A DNA stretch of 64,000 bases, taken from contig NC_087248.1 in the NCBI RefSeq assembly GCF_037042905.1, forward strand, positions 6,450,001 through 6,514,000, given 5' to 3'. How positions within the stretch are numbered: the first letter of the stretch is position 1; each line of letters starts with the position of its first letter. The translations under genes were made by a program, and so were the position numbers. Under the pieces are notes generated by a model, which was not told the origin of the DNA, did no database searches, and saw nothing but the letters and a program-made list of their open reading frames with translations. Shown here one piece after another: positions 12,341-24,800 of this stretch. The DNA is from Lytechinus pictus (lineage: Eukaryota).

Positions 12341-14319
12341 GGGTTTTAATATAATTATTCAAACTTACATTCTGTACATATTAACCTAATAATATATTTT
12401 CATTATGTGATATGTATTTCTTATTTCGCATTGGTAGTAAGTACAAAACTTTCAAATATATCAACTATGTGATACAATACATTAAGACTATGAAGTGAAT
12501 TCAATTGACTACGAATCAATTGATTAAAGGGAATTGTAGAAAAAAACCAAATAATAACAATGAGTGTTCTTAAATATCTTTTATAAAGTAATAAATGTTC
12601 AAATAAATTACAACTATTTTTACTCTGAAAATAGCATTAAAAATGGACATACTGAAGCTTTTCGACATGCTATTATCCGATTTCGCAGTACCAACCACTT
12701 GTAAGTAATTCTGCCTATGGCAACTACCATGGTAACATGGCTAAGCAGCTTATCACAATCAAGGTTACCATGGTAGTTACAATAATAACAAAGTTACAAC
12801 AGTTTTAACTCTTTATGAAACGGGTCACATGACTGTAATCACAATTAGTTTCGCACTTTAGACAAGACTTAATTAAAAAGCAGTGACGGTTCATGAACAT
12901 CAAAACATGACGATAATTGAGGCGATCGGAAGTGCAGTAATTCGTGAAGTGCTTGTAATTAATATTAATTAACCATAATAAACTACCACAGGGAATGGAA
13001 CTATGAAAGGGGTTTTGTTTAATGATTTATCGCAATTTCGTGTATTTTGATGATATTATAGTACAGTACTGAAATAATTAACATTGTAATTTCGCATAGA
13101 CCGACTTAAATATGGCAAAGAACATGAATTTGGTTTAATCAGGTCTTTAAAAAATGTAATCACTTAATGAAACAGGAGAGCACATTATACATGTTATACG
13201 AAACAAAACATTTTTTATCATTTGTGTAGGTTTTGATGACAGTACTGTCCTTCAGTTTTATAACAAAGACGAATACAGGCGTGTTTTTTTAATGTGTTTT
13301 CTTTATCAATGTACATATTTTTTTTTTTCAATTAGCTAGACGATAATCACATAAAAATTTCCTTCTCTGAAATCTGGGATCTTATTGTGCTGGCATATTC
13401 ATGCTGAAACCGATGATTATTATAATCTAAAAAAATCTTAATTGTTTATGAAATTGCCACAATATCTTCAACCATGGGACATGATTAAGTAACCTTAAAA
13501 TGAAATGATAAATTTATATATAGTATATTAGCAATCTCTTTCCAGCGTTTGATTATCTTCTTTAGAATGGGATAATTGTTCATCACTCTTTTTTACTCTT
13601 CGTGTTCTACGATTCGTGCCATGATTCTGGCTATGTTTTTCATTCTAAAAAAGTGCAGTGCTGCGCACTTTCATTCTTTGTTTGCTACAAATAGTTTTCT
13701 TTTAATCAAATTCATTTGATAATGCATCATAGGTAGATCAGATTTTTCTAAAGGGTTTAGTTTATTACACAAACTACTCTATATCATTTGTTTCAATCGT
13801 ACAGCATGGTTGGTAAAATTATAGATGATAAAAAATAATATAGGATTTGTATAGGGCACGTATCCACCTTGTAAGGTGCTCAAGGCGCTCATATATTACC
13901 CCGGCTAACCTAGTCTATCTATTCCGGTACTCACAGCTTCTTGAGAAATAGCTTACTGCCAGTACCCATTTCCGTGGGTCACGGAATTTGGAGGCAGCAA
14001 AAAATTGAGTCACTTGGTGGGCGCGCAAAGCGTACTCAATAGCCACGTATACTTACCTAATAAGGACATTCTAAGGACTGTGCCATTAAAAGGATATGTA
14101 TCTCACTGATCAAATACCGCGAAGCGCCAGCTCATAATTATATTTATATTGACAAAAACTGGAACATTTTAAGGACTATTTTTAGGAATTCATGAAGAGC
14201 ATATTACATATCTCGCCATAGTCATCTAATGCGAGATAATGGTAACGACGTTACTATTACCATTATCACATCGGGTGTCAACAATCTCAACAATGTTTAC
14301 CATGACAACTAGCAATAAA

Positions 14320-14585
14320 ACACCCCTTTTAGTGTTGCCCCTTCTTGTGGAACCTGTCGTGGATGTTAGTTAAAATGTTTACCCACGTTTGTCCAGATTT
14401 CTCCGGACGGGACGGAGTAAGTTGTGTTCCTGCCATTCGTGGGTGTTCACTTCACAGATCATAACCTTTGAGAAGGTATATGAGAAGCTAAGAGTTGTCC
14501 AGCTAGCAGGGTCGTTTCTGTTTCAACAAAATGCATCCTTTCAGATGATAGGCGTTCTTTGGAGAAGCAGGTTGTTGTAGAGTGT
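14320..14585 (+). pseudogene. Degraded orphan copy of the gene 2 exon 4 3' module
   Basis: Collinear with 11625-11895 (cttcttgtggaacctgtc..aaaatgtttacccacgt..ctccggacgg..gagaagctaagag..tttcaga) but with frameshifts and deletions; no CTLD exons seen upstream. Confidence 0.85.
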
Positions 14586-14607
14586 CAATCTGGACCTCTC
14601 TATAACG

Positions 14608-14830
14608 CACCAATTCCTTTGAAAATGCAAGTCAAATCACAATGGAGAGCTGAGAGGCTTTTGTCGAAAGTTGATTGACCGGGACAGCATCGGAATCTCT
14701 TGACTGGACAACGGCATATTGGCAATTGTTCTACCGCGGCAAATCTTCGGATGATCTGCTGTCCCAGTCCACCAACTTTCGACAAATGCCTCATTGTGAT
14801 TTTAATTGCATTTTCAAAGAAATTGATGTG
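14608..14830. mobile_element. Palindromic MITE
   Basis: caattcctttgaaaatgcaa..cacaatg..gaggcttttgtcgaaagttg / caactttcgacaaatgcctcattgtg..ttgcattttcaaagaaattg. Confidence 0.7.
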
Positions 14831-14831
14831 C

Positions 14832-16460
14832 TTGATTTGATTTGATTTGATTTGATTTGATTTATTGTTTTATTCTGCATTCATAACATTCGAAAACAAT
14901 ACAAATTTCATTACGTAACAAACATAATAATCGGTAAATGATTTTGGTATGAATCATAAAGAAAAAAATACAAAACAAAAAAATCATTCTAAACAAATGT
15001 GATCTACTACCAACAAAGAAAATCTAACATTTACAGTTTGCAGGAGAAGGATTGTCATTATAAGCAGATTGCTTGAAAAAATGACAACCCAGGAATAAAA
15101 CTCATTAAATTAATATTATATATACATTTATAAAGCAGAATGAAAACGTTATTTTGTTCATAATTTTATAATGATGAAGGTGGATTATGAATGAGGATGA
15201 TGGTGATAATGGTGAAAATGAAGGCCATGATGGAGATGGACATGGATGATGATGATGATGATGATGTTGATGATGATGGCCACGGGAGAGTATTTAGTGA
15301 TGATTAAATCACAGGAAAACTGATTTAATGATTTACTGAAATACTGACACAGAAAACTTACTTTAAATATTGTGATTATAACATGCATTTAACATTTGCC
15401 TTGAATGATTAAAGAGATGAACATTTTTTGATAGACTCTGGTAGAGAGTTCCATAAATCGAGACCGTTGTGTCTTATGGATCTCTGTGCAATGATCAATT
15501 TGGGGTTGAATAAGTGAAAATTTGAAGAGTTCCGTGTAGGGTATGAATGAATAGATGTGTTCATTGTATACAATTGTGGAATGAAGGTGGAAGCATGTTA
15601 TTTACGTACTTGAACACCAGCAGTTAACTTTGAAGTGAATTTATGTCAAATACTGTTAGAGTCTTTAGTTTAAGGAATAATGGGTTTGTGTGTGCTAAAT
15701 ACTGCGAATCAGTACAATTTCGAATATTTTTTTGTCATAAATATACTGTATTAATTTTAGTTTTTGCACAGGATGCCCAAACTATATTGCAGTACGATAT
15801 AAAGGGTAAAATTTATGAATTGTATAAAGTGTAACAAGGGTAGTTTGCGGAATAATGTTTTTCATTTTGTAAAGTACACCGACGTTTCTTGAGATACTAG
15901 TAGATATGCAACGTATGTGTTCGTTCCAATTTAAATTTTCATCTATTGTAACACCTATTTGTGTCCTTTTCTTTTCAGAGGAGTATTGTCTATGATTATA
16001 TGGTAAGGAAATTCAGCAAAATGTGAATTTATTGTAGAGAGTTTCCGCGTAGTAAAAGCGAAAACATCCAACAATTGCGTGAGCCTCTGCGTAGCGTTTC
16101 ATGAAAGGACTTGTCAGACGTTTATATCCGTCAAGTCCCATTTTAACAGTTACCATAGTAACAGTGCTTCTCAGCCAATCAAAATCAAGGAAAGCTGTCA
16201 GATCTGACAACTTGTCGGACGAAAATGTTGATGAAACGCTTCCCTGTCAATCACTCTTGCTCTGTGATTCATCAGTCTATCATAATTGTTGATGTTCGAC
16301 TAAGATCTGTCTCACTTATCATGCTTATTAGCCACAGAGTTTGCTGGACTTAGCTTGTCAGATTGTTGAGTCAATGATTGGATTGTTTTGAATAAATATG
16401 TATTACCCATATTAGTATAGATTCTATTTGGTCATTATGTTGTCGTTTAGTGGACTGAAA
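14832..16460 (-). mobile_element. L2/CR1-group LINE 3' fragment
   Basis: The minus strand reads GVTIDENLNWNEHI..SRNVGVLYK..ISYCNIVWAS..AHTNPLFLKLK (post-RT region); (ATCAA)n tail at 14832-14862; interrupted by a MITE. Upper end approximate. Confidence 0.75.
16094..16239. mobile_element. MITE inside the LINE fragment
   Basis: gcgtttcat...atgaaacgc termini, like the element at 409-576. Confidence 0.65.
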
Positions 16461-17361
16461 TAGTCCACTAAACAAGAATAAAAAAATCATTTTGTATTAC
16501 TCGTTATATATGGACGGCACCATGAAGCAACACGAAAGTCGATCAAGAGGATTGCTTTTTAATTAATAATACCTCTATGTATGTTGGATGTAGGTGCATG
16601 TCTACGAAACGATAAGGCATAACCCAATAAGAAATATATACATATAAAGTATTGTGAAGTGGGTTCAGGGATGTAGCCATTACATTAGTGAATGCGTATT
16701 TGTTTTCATTCCATTACAATAAATACACATCTGACCAAAACCGAGACCTCCATGACTTTGCTTCTGATGAAAAACGTAGTCGAACTATTGATCGTGAACA
16801 TAAAGCATTGGTAAATAAAATCTGATATATATTGAAAAATTACCGTTACTTATACAAACTTATCCCACAACAAGGTCCATGCTTAATTGCATTTCGACTT
16901 CCTATAGTCCATTTACCACAAAGCGTAATTTCCTCTTAGTTACATTGATTTTTATATGATTAAAATAAAGACAAATTGAATAAAAAGGGGAAAAATCCAA
17001 GACAAGGACCTTCACCTCCTCCCCAAAAGTGGAACCTCTTTGTTGTAAATGTTGGGGGAAACAGTTTGGAGCTATAGTTACACCATGGAGCTAAAACATG
17101 GTTACACTTACACCAATGTGATCCATGGACAGTCCGATCGAAGCTTTTTTTGCATATCATCGGTCGGTTTGTAGTTGGTTTCGTTGATGTGACTGTGAGC
17201 TCGACCATCGGAATTCTCTAAACAATGCTTAGTAATCAGGTGAGTGCGAGTTATTATGATAAAGGTCCTCGTCCTTTTCTCAATCATGAATAGATTGTTG
17301 CGCAGTTAATTTCAAGATGAAAAATTTAATTAATATCGGGATTAATATGTACATAATTTTT

Positions 17362-17575
17362 ATAGTGAGCGAGCTTTCTCTGCCGCAGCACCTCCACTTT
17401 GGAATAATTTGCCATTAAATTTAAGAAATATATCATCACAAGAGACTTTCATATCTTAACTGAAATCTAATAAAAGTATTGGCACGTTGACACTCATCCT
17501 TCTTTTGCTTGTGCTCCTCAAGATAAAATATTTCTAGATAGATGGCGCCATATAAATGTCTATTATTATTATCAT
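17362..17575 (+). mobile_element. L2-type LINE extreme 3' end
   Basis: Reads YSERAFSAAAPPLWNNLPLNLRN, then a gcgccatataaatgtc(tat)n tail. Confidence 0.6.
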
Positions 17576-18828
17576 TAATTTACAATCGAACATTTTGATC
17601 AAAGTATTTGAAAATGTATATCTTTTCAACATATTTTAAAAGAAATTGGACCATCATTGACACACGTGTACATGACATGCATTCTAAATTTCATTAAAAG
17701 ACGGGAGAAAGAGAGAGAGAGAGAAGGGAGACCAGAAAGAAAAGATAGAGAAAGGGTAAGAGAGAAAGAAAAAGAGGGAAAGAGAGGAAGGGGGAAAACA
17801 AGATATGTCGAGAGGCAGAAGATAAAGCAGAGAGAAAGGAAGATTAATGAGAGAGGGGGAGTGGAAGAGATGTAGAAAGGGAGAGAGAGATGTGGGTTGA
17901 AGACCTTTTATCAAATATACCTTTGTATTTATTAATTAGGAGAATTGGTATAGAAGTGTATTTGAAGGTCGTGTTCTCTGTCACCTCTAAAGCATTGTAA
18001 AGTTTGGTGTCATTTATTAAGCCGAATCAATTCATTTAACTTCATAGTCCTCCAACCCGATAACATCAGCGTATATATTTTGGAGATTCGGAAGCATTCC
18101 GCAATTGGATCGATAATTTAAGGTAAGTCTCGAAAATACATCTTTATATTTTATTTTGAATTTGTGTTTATAAAAAATGATTAAATTTGTGACGTGGAAG
18201 AAAGCCATTGTTCATACGAATGAATGTATATGAATGAATGAATGGATGAATGAATGAATGATGAATAAATAAATGAATGAATGAGTTATTGGTTGATTGA
18301 ATGAATGAATGAATAAATAAAAACATGGAAGCCATCTGTCTGGATATACATGGACCATGCAGGTCTATATAAGCGAATTCCATGCAAATCAGTGCGATTC
18401 GGGGGGGGGGACGAAATTCTATAGCAAAAATACTAGTATCAACAGGACTGTCGAAAAAAATACTGGAGTCAACTCTAACATAATTAAGGTATAAGTCTAA
18501 ATGAAAAGAAATATTATAACAAATCTGACCAAGACACAGGAAACGTTCTTGTTAACGAAATGAATGCTACAGATTCTTGTAAAGTTGTCAAATATTCTTC
18601 TTAGATCACAAATCATGAAACGAATAATTCATGTTCTCGTATTTACCATTATTCTAGTAAAGTAAGCAATGTTGTCGTTTTTTAACCAGAATTCTGTTCA
18701 TTTACTGTTGCTATCCAAGTGATCGGTAATCGTAAAACTAATCCTCCAATGTCTACTATCATTTCCAGATCTCCATCGTTTCTTTGATGAAAGGAATTTT
18801 TCGATCATAACTCTTCCTTCAACTTAAA

Positions 18829-18886
18829 ATGCTTGGAAGAGCTGCTACCTTATTGTTCCTCTCCTCAGTCTTAATACTTCGCAATG
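18829..18886 (+). CDS. Gene 3 exon 1 (signal peptide)
   Basis: aaaATG MLGRAATLLFLSSVLILRN, donor G|GTGAGT; same 58-nt length as gene 2 exon 1. Confidence 0.72.
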
Positions 18887-21800
18887 GTGAGTTCCACAGG
18901 GATATATAACTTCGGAGCAGTGGCGCACAGATGGGGGGCTTGGGGCGCATGAGCCCCCCCCCCCCTTCATATTCTTCGCGTCCAAGAAAAAAAAAGAGAA
19001 AAGGGAAGAGAGAAGGGTGAAATACGGTATCAATTTCTGAATATTATGACAAAATATATCACAATATGGGAAAATTTGATATTTTTTTTAAAATAAAAAT
19101 GTCAATATTTTTGCTCTTTTTCTGGCAACTTTGAATTTCGCCCGATACGCCGTATCTGCCACCTCAAAAATTTTGCCTCATTACACCACTGCTTTGTAAT
19201 ATGTAGTCGTTTCTTATAGATTTTAACTGAAATTATATTTATGTTTGTACCCTTTTGAAATTATTTTGTGTAATGGTATGTTTTATTATCACTTGTGTAA
19301 AACGACCGTGCCCGTTTGATTTTATTAAAAAGAAATAAAAATGTACATTTTTTCCCCATACATTTACCATGCAAAACACAGCAATTACATAAGCCTGATG
19401 AATGTTTTCAAAATACATTATAACAAAATGTGTAAGTAGAGTGTCAATATTCGTGTGAGTAAAATATTTCATTTTTCTATTTATAACTGCAGTTGTATAA
19501 AAATACAATCATAACACACTGGCTGTTCTTTAATGAAACGAAATGAAACCATTGAATGTTTGAAATACTGATTAAAATTTATATCAGCAACTCCATTAGA
19601 AATTACAATTCGTTAAAGGACAAGTCCACCCCAACAAAAAGTTGATTTGAACAAATAGAGAACAATCCAAGAAGCATAATACTGAAAATTTCATCAAAAT
19701 CTAATGTAAAAAGCTAAATTTCACAGAACAGTTATATGCACATCCTGGTCGGTATGCAAACGAGGGGACTGATGACGTCATTCATTCACTATTTCTTTTG
19801 TTTTTTATTATATGAAATATGAAATATTCTAATTTTCTCTTCATTGTGAAGGGTCCAACACGGTCGTCTTTTTATTCACAAAGTTAGTTCAAATTGAAAT
19901 AGAAATACAACCATTTCAAAATGCATGGGTGTTTATCGAAGCGATTTTTCTTTTTTTATAAACAATAAATGCTGTATTATAAATTTGTAACCAATTTTGC
20001 AACCTATGATGAATAACTGACTTTTCTACTTCGGCCTAAACAATGCAAAATGACTATGTAAAGTCATTTTTTTTTATTGTTAAAGGGATGGTCCAGGCTG
20101 AAAATATTTATATCTGAATAAATAGAGTAAAATTCACAAAGAAAAATGCTGAAAATTTCATCAAAATCGGATAACAAATAACGAAGTTATCGAATTTTAA
20201 AGTTTATCAATATTTTGTGAAAACAGTTGGTTATATGCACATCGTCATAAATATTCATTCGGTGGGCTGATGATGTTACATCTCCACTTTCCTTTTTGTT
20301 ATGTTATTACATGAAATCATAAATGTTTCATTTTTTCATACATGTGTAAATGATGTGTCCCCATTATGGTGAAAAAAGTTGCGGCAATAAATAACTAATG
20401 CACTTAATCAGTTGTCAGTCCAATTGTTTTAGTTCTTGGTTGAAATTTTTTGAATAAACCTAATTTCATACAATAAAATACAAAAGAACATGTGGAGATA
20501 TGACATCATCAGCCCACCTAATGAATATTCATAAGGACATGCCTAGAACTGTTTCACCGGAATAATGCAAATCTTTAAAATTCAATAACTTTGTTATTTA
20601 TGATCCAATTTTGATCAAATTTTCAACATTTTGCTCTGTGAATTTTACTCTATTTATTGAGATATAGATATTTCCAGCCTGGACCATCCCTTTACCAGAT
20701 GCTCTCACTCGTTTTTTAAGTTAAATGATACGGCTATTGAACAGTATGACACTACATTTTAACACGCCACCTGATTTCCAGGGGGTGCTGGCAATGATGT
20801 ATAAGATAGAGCACCCCAAGGGTGAGAAAAACAACTTTGGGGTGAACCCCCGCTTCCCAGGGCCATGGATTTGATTTTTTTTATTTGTCATTCTTCCCCT
20901 TTTCCATTCATTATCTTTATAAAATTTTCATTCCTTTTACTCATTATATTCTATTTATATAACTTGACAGTTAGTTTGGAAGTCTCTACTCCAAGGGAGG
21001 GGGGGGGGTACTCGGGTACTCCAGGCAGAAAATCAAATTATTTTAATAGATAAAGTAAAATCAGACAACAAAATACTGAAAATTTCATCAAAATCGGACA
21101 TGGAAAAACAAAGTTATGACATTTTAAATTATTGCATTACTTCGGTGATATAAGTTCTACGCGTGTCTTCACGAATGTAAAATTATTAAACTAATACATA
21201 ATCCTCTCCTATTCTTTTTGCATTTTATTATTATTTATGAAATAAAATGTACATTCATTCAAATGTTGTCCTCCGAGAATATACTGATTTAGTGTGTTAA
21301 ATATTCATTGCTGCAACTTGTTTTGCTACAAGCTCGGGAGACAATATCATGCACGCTATATAAAATAATGATGATTCCACGAAGCACTGAAAAGGGAATA
21401 CTGGGGATCTGACATCATCGGCCCACTTACTGAATATTTATGATGGCATGCAGGTTATTTATTTTATTTTTTACAAAATATTTGTGTTAACTTTTATAGT
21501 AGAATTGCTTTGTTATTTACATATTATCACAATTTTTTTGATGTAATTTTCAATGTCTTGCTCAATGTATTTTACTTTATTTATTTAAATAATTATTTTC
21601 ATCCCGGAGTAGTACTCCTTTGAGTCCACCTCGAGCCCTCTTAAGGATTTTCATTAAATTGTTTCTCTTTTTAGTGACAGGTGAAGTCAATTGTACCTAC
21701 CCATGGGTAAACATGTACGGAAGTTCCTGCTACCATATTTACGAATTCGATTCATCAGGCTACTTATATGAAACTGCAGAGCTTACATGTCGCGACCTAA

Positions 21801-24800
21801 ATTCTCATGTTTACGTGCCAAGTTCGGAAAGTGAACATGAGACCGTCATCGCCAGTCTACTTCATCTACGTAACTACTTTTACGGAAGCAATTTGGGGTT
21901 GTGGATTGGTTGTACCAACAATGGAAACGATGATTCTTTCTATTGTGCTGATGGAACGGAGATTGGCATCAATAGCGGTGAGTTTATAGCCAATAGTATG
22001 AGATCATCGCAATCCCTATAATACACAGACAAAGCAAACGCGAAGTGCAGGCCCATATTTATATTTATTTTTTGGAATTTGATGTATTTTACCTTGAAAT
22101 TGAATATTTTGAACATTTTTTTTACTAATGGAGAAGATGCATATCTAACTAAATAATTAACGCAAGCGCGATCGAAGCGCGAGCTGAAATCGTTTGATAT
22201 TCCGACCTGAAAAAAGTGGATGGTTAAATAAAGAGCAAGATACTGTATCTATCTCAATATTATTGCGAGCTTAAATTTGTTTGGATTTAGACCTAAGAAC
22301 GAGACATTAGTCTGTATGCCTTTATCTTGAAAAGGATGGCTATCTTCCTAAATACTATGCGAGCGCGAAGCGCGAGCTTAAAATTTTTTAGCACGTTTTT
22401 TAATGAAAAAGTTGTGTATCTCAATTTAAAAAATGCCTGCGCCGGGGAAAAATAAAGAGGGCGTTCTCCCCACGCCCCCTCGATCCGCCACTGTAGACGG
22501 GTCAATATATGGTTTGACCCGGAACAAATTGCAACAAATGATTTTTCAACTGTTTCTGGCAGTATTTGACCTCAGGAATAACATACTAAAAATCTACCAA
22601 AATCCGCATATGGGAAAGTAGTTATTTTCAAGATGGCGTCCAAGATGGCCGCCATTCACTGAAAATGGATAAAACTCCCTCATATCCACCCTAGAATCCT
22701 ACTTCGGTTCATATTCCATGGTCAAGTGGGTAAACGAATTCATTGATACAAGTCAGAGTGAACATTACCACTCCAGGATACCAGAAAATCCAAGATGGCG
22801 CCCAAAAAGGCTGCCGTAGGCTAAAAAATCCACAATTCATCTATTACTTAAGTGGCTTTAATTTGGTTTCTATTCAATGGTTTTAATGGTGAAGTAGTAC
22901 ATTGGGACAAGTTACAAAGACAGCTAGTGGTCTTGTGTGTCAAAAAATCCAAAATGGCTTCCAAAAATTGAGTTTAAAATGGCTGTTAATACTTAAAATG
23001 GACATAGCTCATATCATATCCACCTGGCAGATATGATTTTGGCGTCTAGTCCATGGTTTCAATAATTGTCAAATAATACATTGGGACAAGTTACAAGGAC
23101 AGTCAGAGGTCCAGTATGTTAAAAAATCCAAGATGGCTTCCAATAATGGAGTAAAAAATGATGTTGCTACTTACAAAAAAACCGAACATAGTTTGTTCAA
23201 AATCCGGGAATATGATTTTGTGCCTATACCATGGTTAAAAGGGTCAGATAAAACATTGGGATAAGTTACAAGGACGATTGGTGGTCAAGTATGTCCAAAA
23301 GTCCACGGTGGCTTTAAAAAAATAGTACAAATTAGCCGCTGGTATTTACAAATGGACTTAGTTCATGTAATATCCGTCAAGGGCATATGATTTTGATGTC
23401 TAAACAATGGTTTTAAAAGTCAGAAAAATAGTAACAAGGACAGTCAGTGGTCCAGTATGTCGGTCGAAAATCCAAGATGGCTACCAAAAATCGGAGTCTA
23501 AAATGATTGCTGTTACTTTAAAAATTGACATATTTCATTAAAAATCCACCGAGATGTGGTTTCGGTGTCCACACTATGGTTTCATGGTTAAAATAATCAA
23601 TACGTTTGGACTGGTTACATTGATATGCAGTAGTCCAGTTTGCCAAAATGCAAGAGGGTTTTCAAAAATGCATCTAAACGAGTCATATCACTCAATAATA
23701 GTCAGAGTTCTACAATATCTATCTGTAAGAAATAATGTTGGTGTCTAAATTGTGGTATGAAGGGTCAAATGATACATTCGGACAAGTAACAAGGATGGTT
23801 TGTATTGTCAAAAAAAATCCATGGTGAATTGTAAAGTTTCATAAAACTAGGTGCTGTTACCAACTCATGAAACAATATGATAACTTATCCCCATGCATTT
23901 AAGTGTAGACGCCAAGATTATTTCTCTCAGGTGGATATTGTTTGAACTTTGTCCATTTTTAAGTAACAGCAGTCACTTTAGACCCATTTTTTAAAGCCTA
24001 ATTGGATTTTAAGGCAAAATGGATTACTGCATATCATGGTAACCAGTCCCAAAGTATTTTTGACCCTTGAAACCTTAGTGTAGACACCAAAATAATATCC
24101 CCAAGTAACAACAGTCATTTAAAACCCGAATGTTTAAAGCTATCTTCGATTTTTGACATACCTGACACCTGACTATCCTTTCAACTTAACCCAATATATT
24201 ACTTGACCCTTTAAACTCTAGTGTATACACCAAAATCATACCTCCAAGGTGTATTTCTAAGAAACTATGTATACTTTTAAGTAACAACAGTGAATTTACA
24301 CCCCATTTTTTTTAAGTCACCCTGGATTTTTTTTTTACATTCAGACAACTGAATGGTCTTGTAACTTACCCTAGTGTATTACTTGACCCTTTAAACCATG
24401 TTTAGACACCAAACTCATATTCCCCATGCAGACAGATATTGAACAAACTATGTCCTTTTATAAGTATCATCAGACATTTTTTACTCCTTTTTTGGAAGCC
24501 ATCTTGGAATTTTTGACATACTAGACCACTGGCTGTCATTGTTACTAATCTTGTCCTAATATATCATTTCACCCTTGAAACTATATTTTAGACACCGAAA
24601 TCATATCTCACAGGCGGATTTCAAATGAGCTATGCATGCCACTTTTAATTATCAGCAACCAATTTTTGGAAGCCATATTGGATTTTTGGTCATACCAGAC
24701 CACTGACCTGAAAACTTGTCCTAATGTATTATTTTGACCCTTGAAACCAGTGGTTTAGACACCAAAATCGCATCTCCCAGGCCGATATGAAATAAAATAT

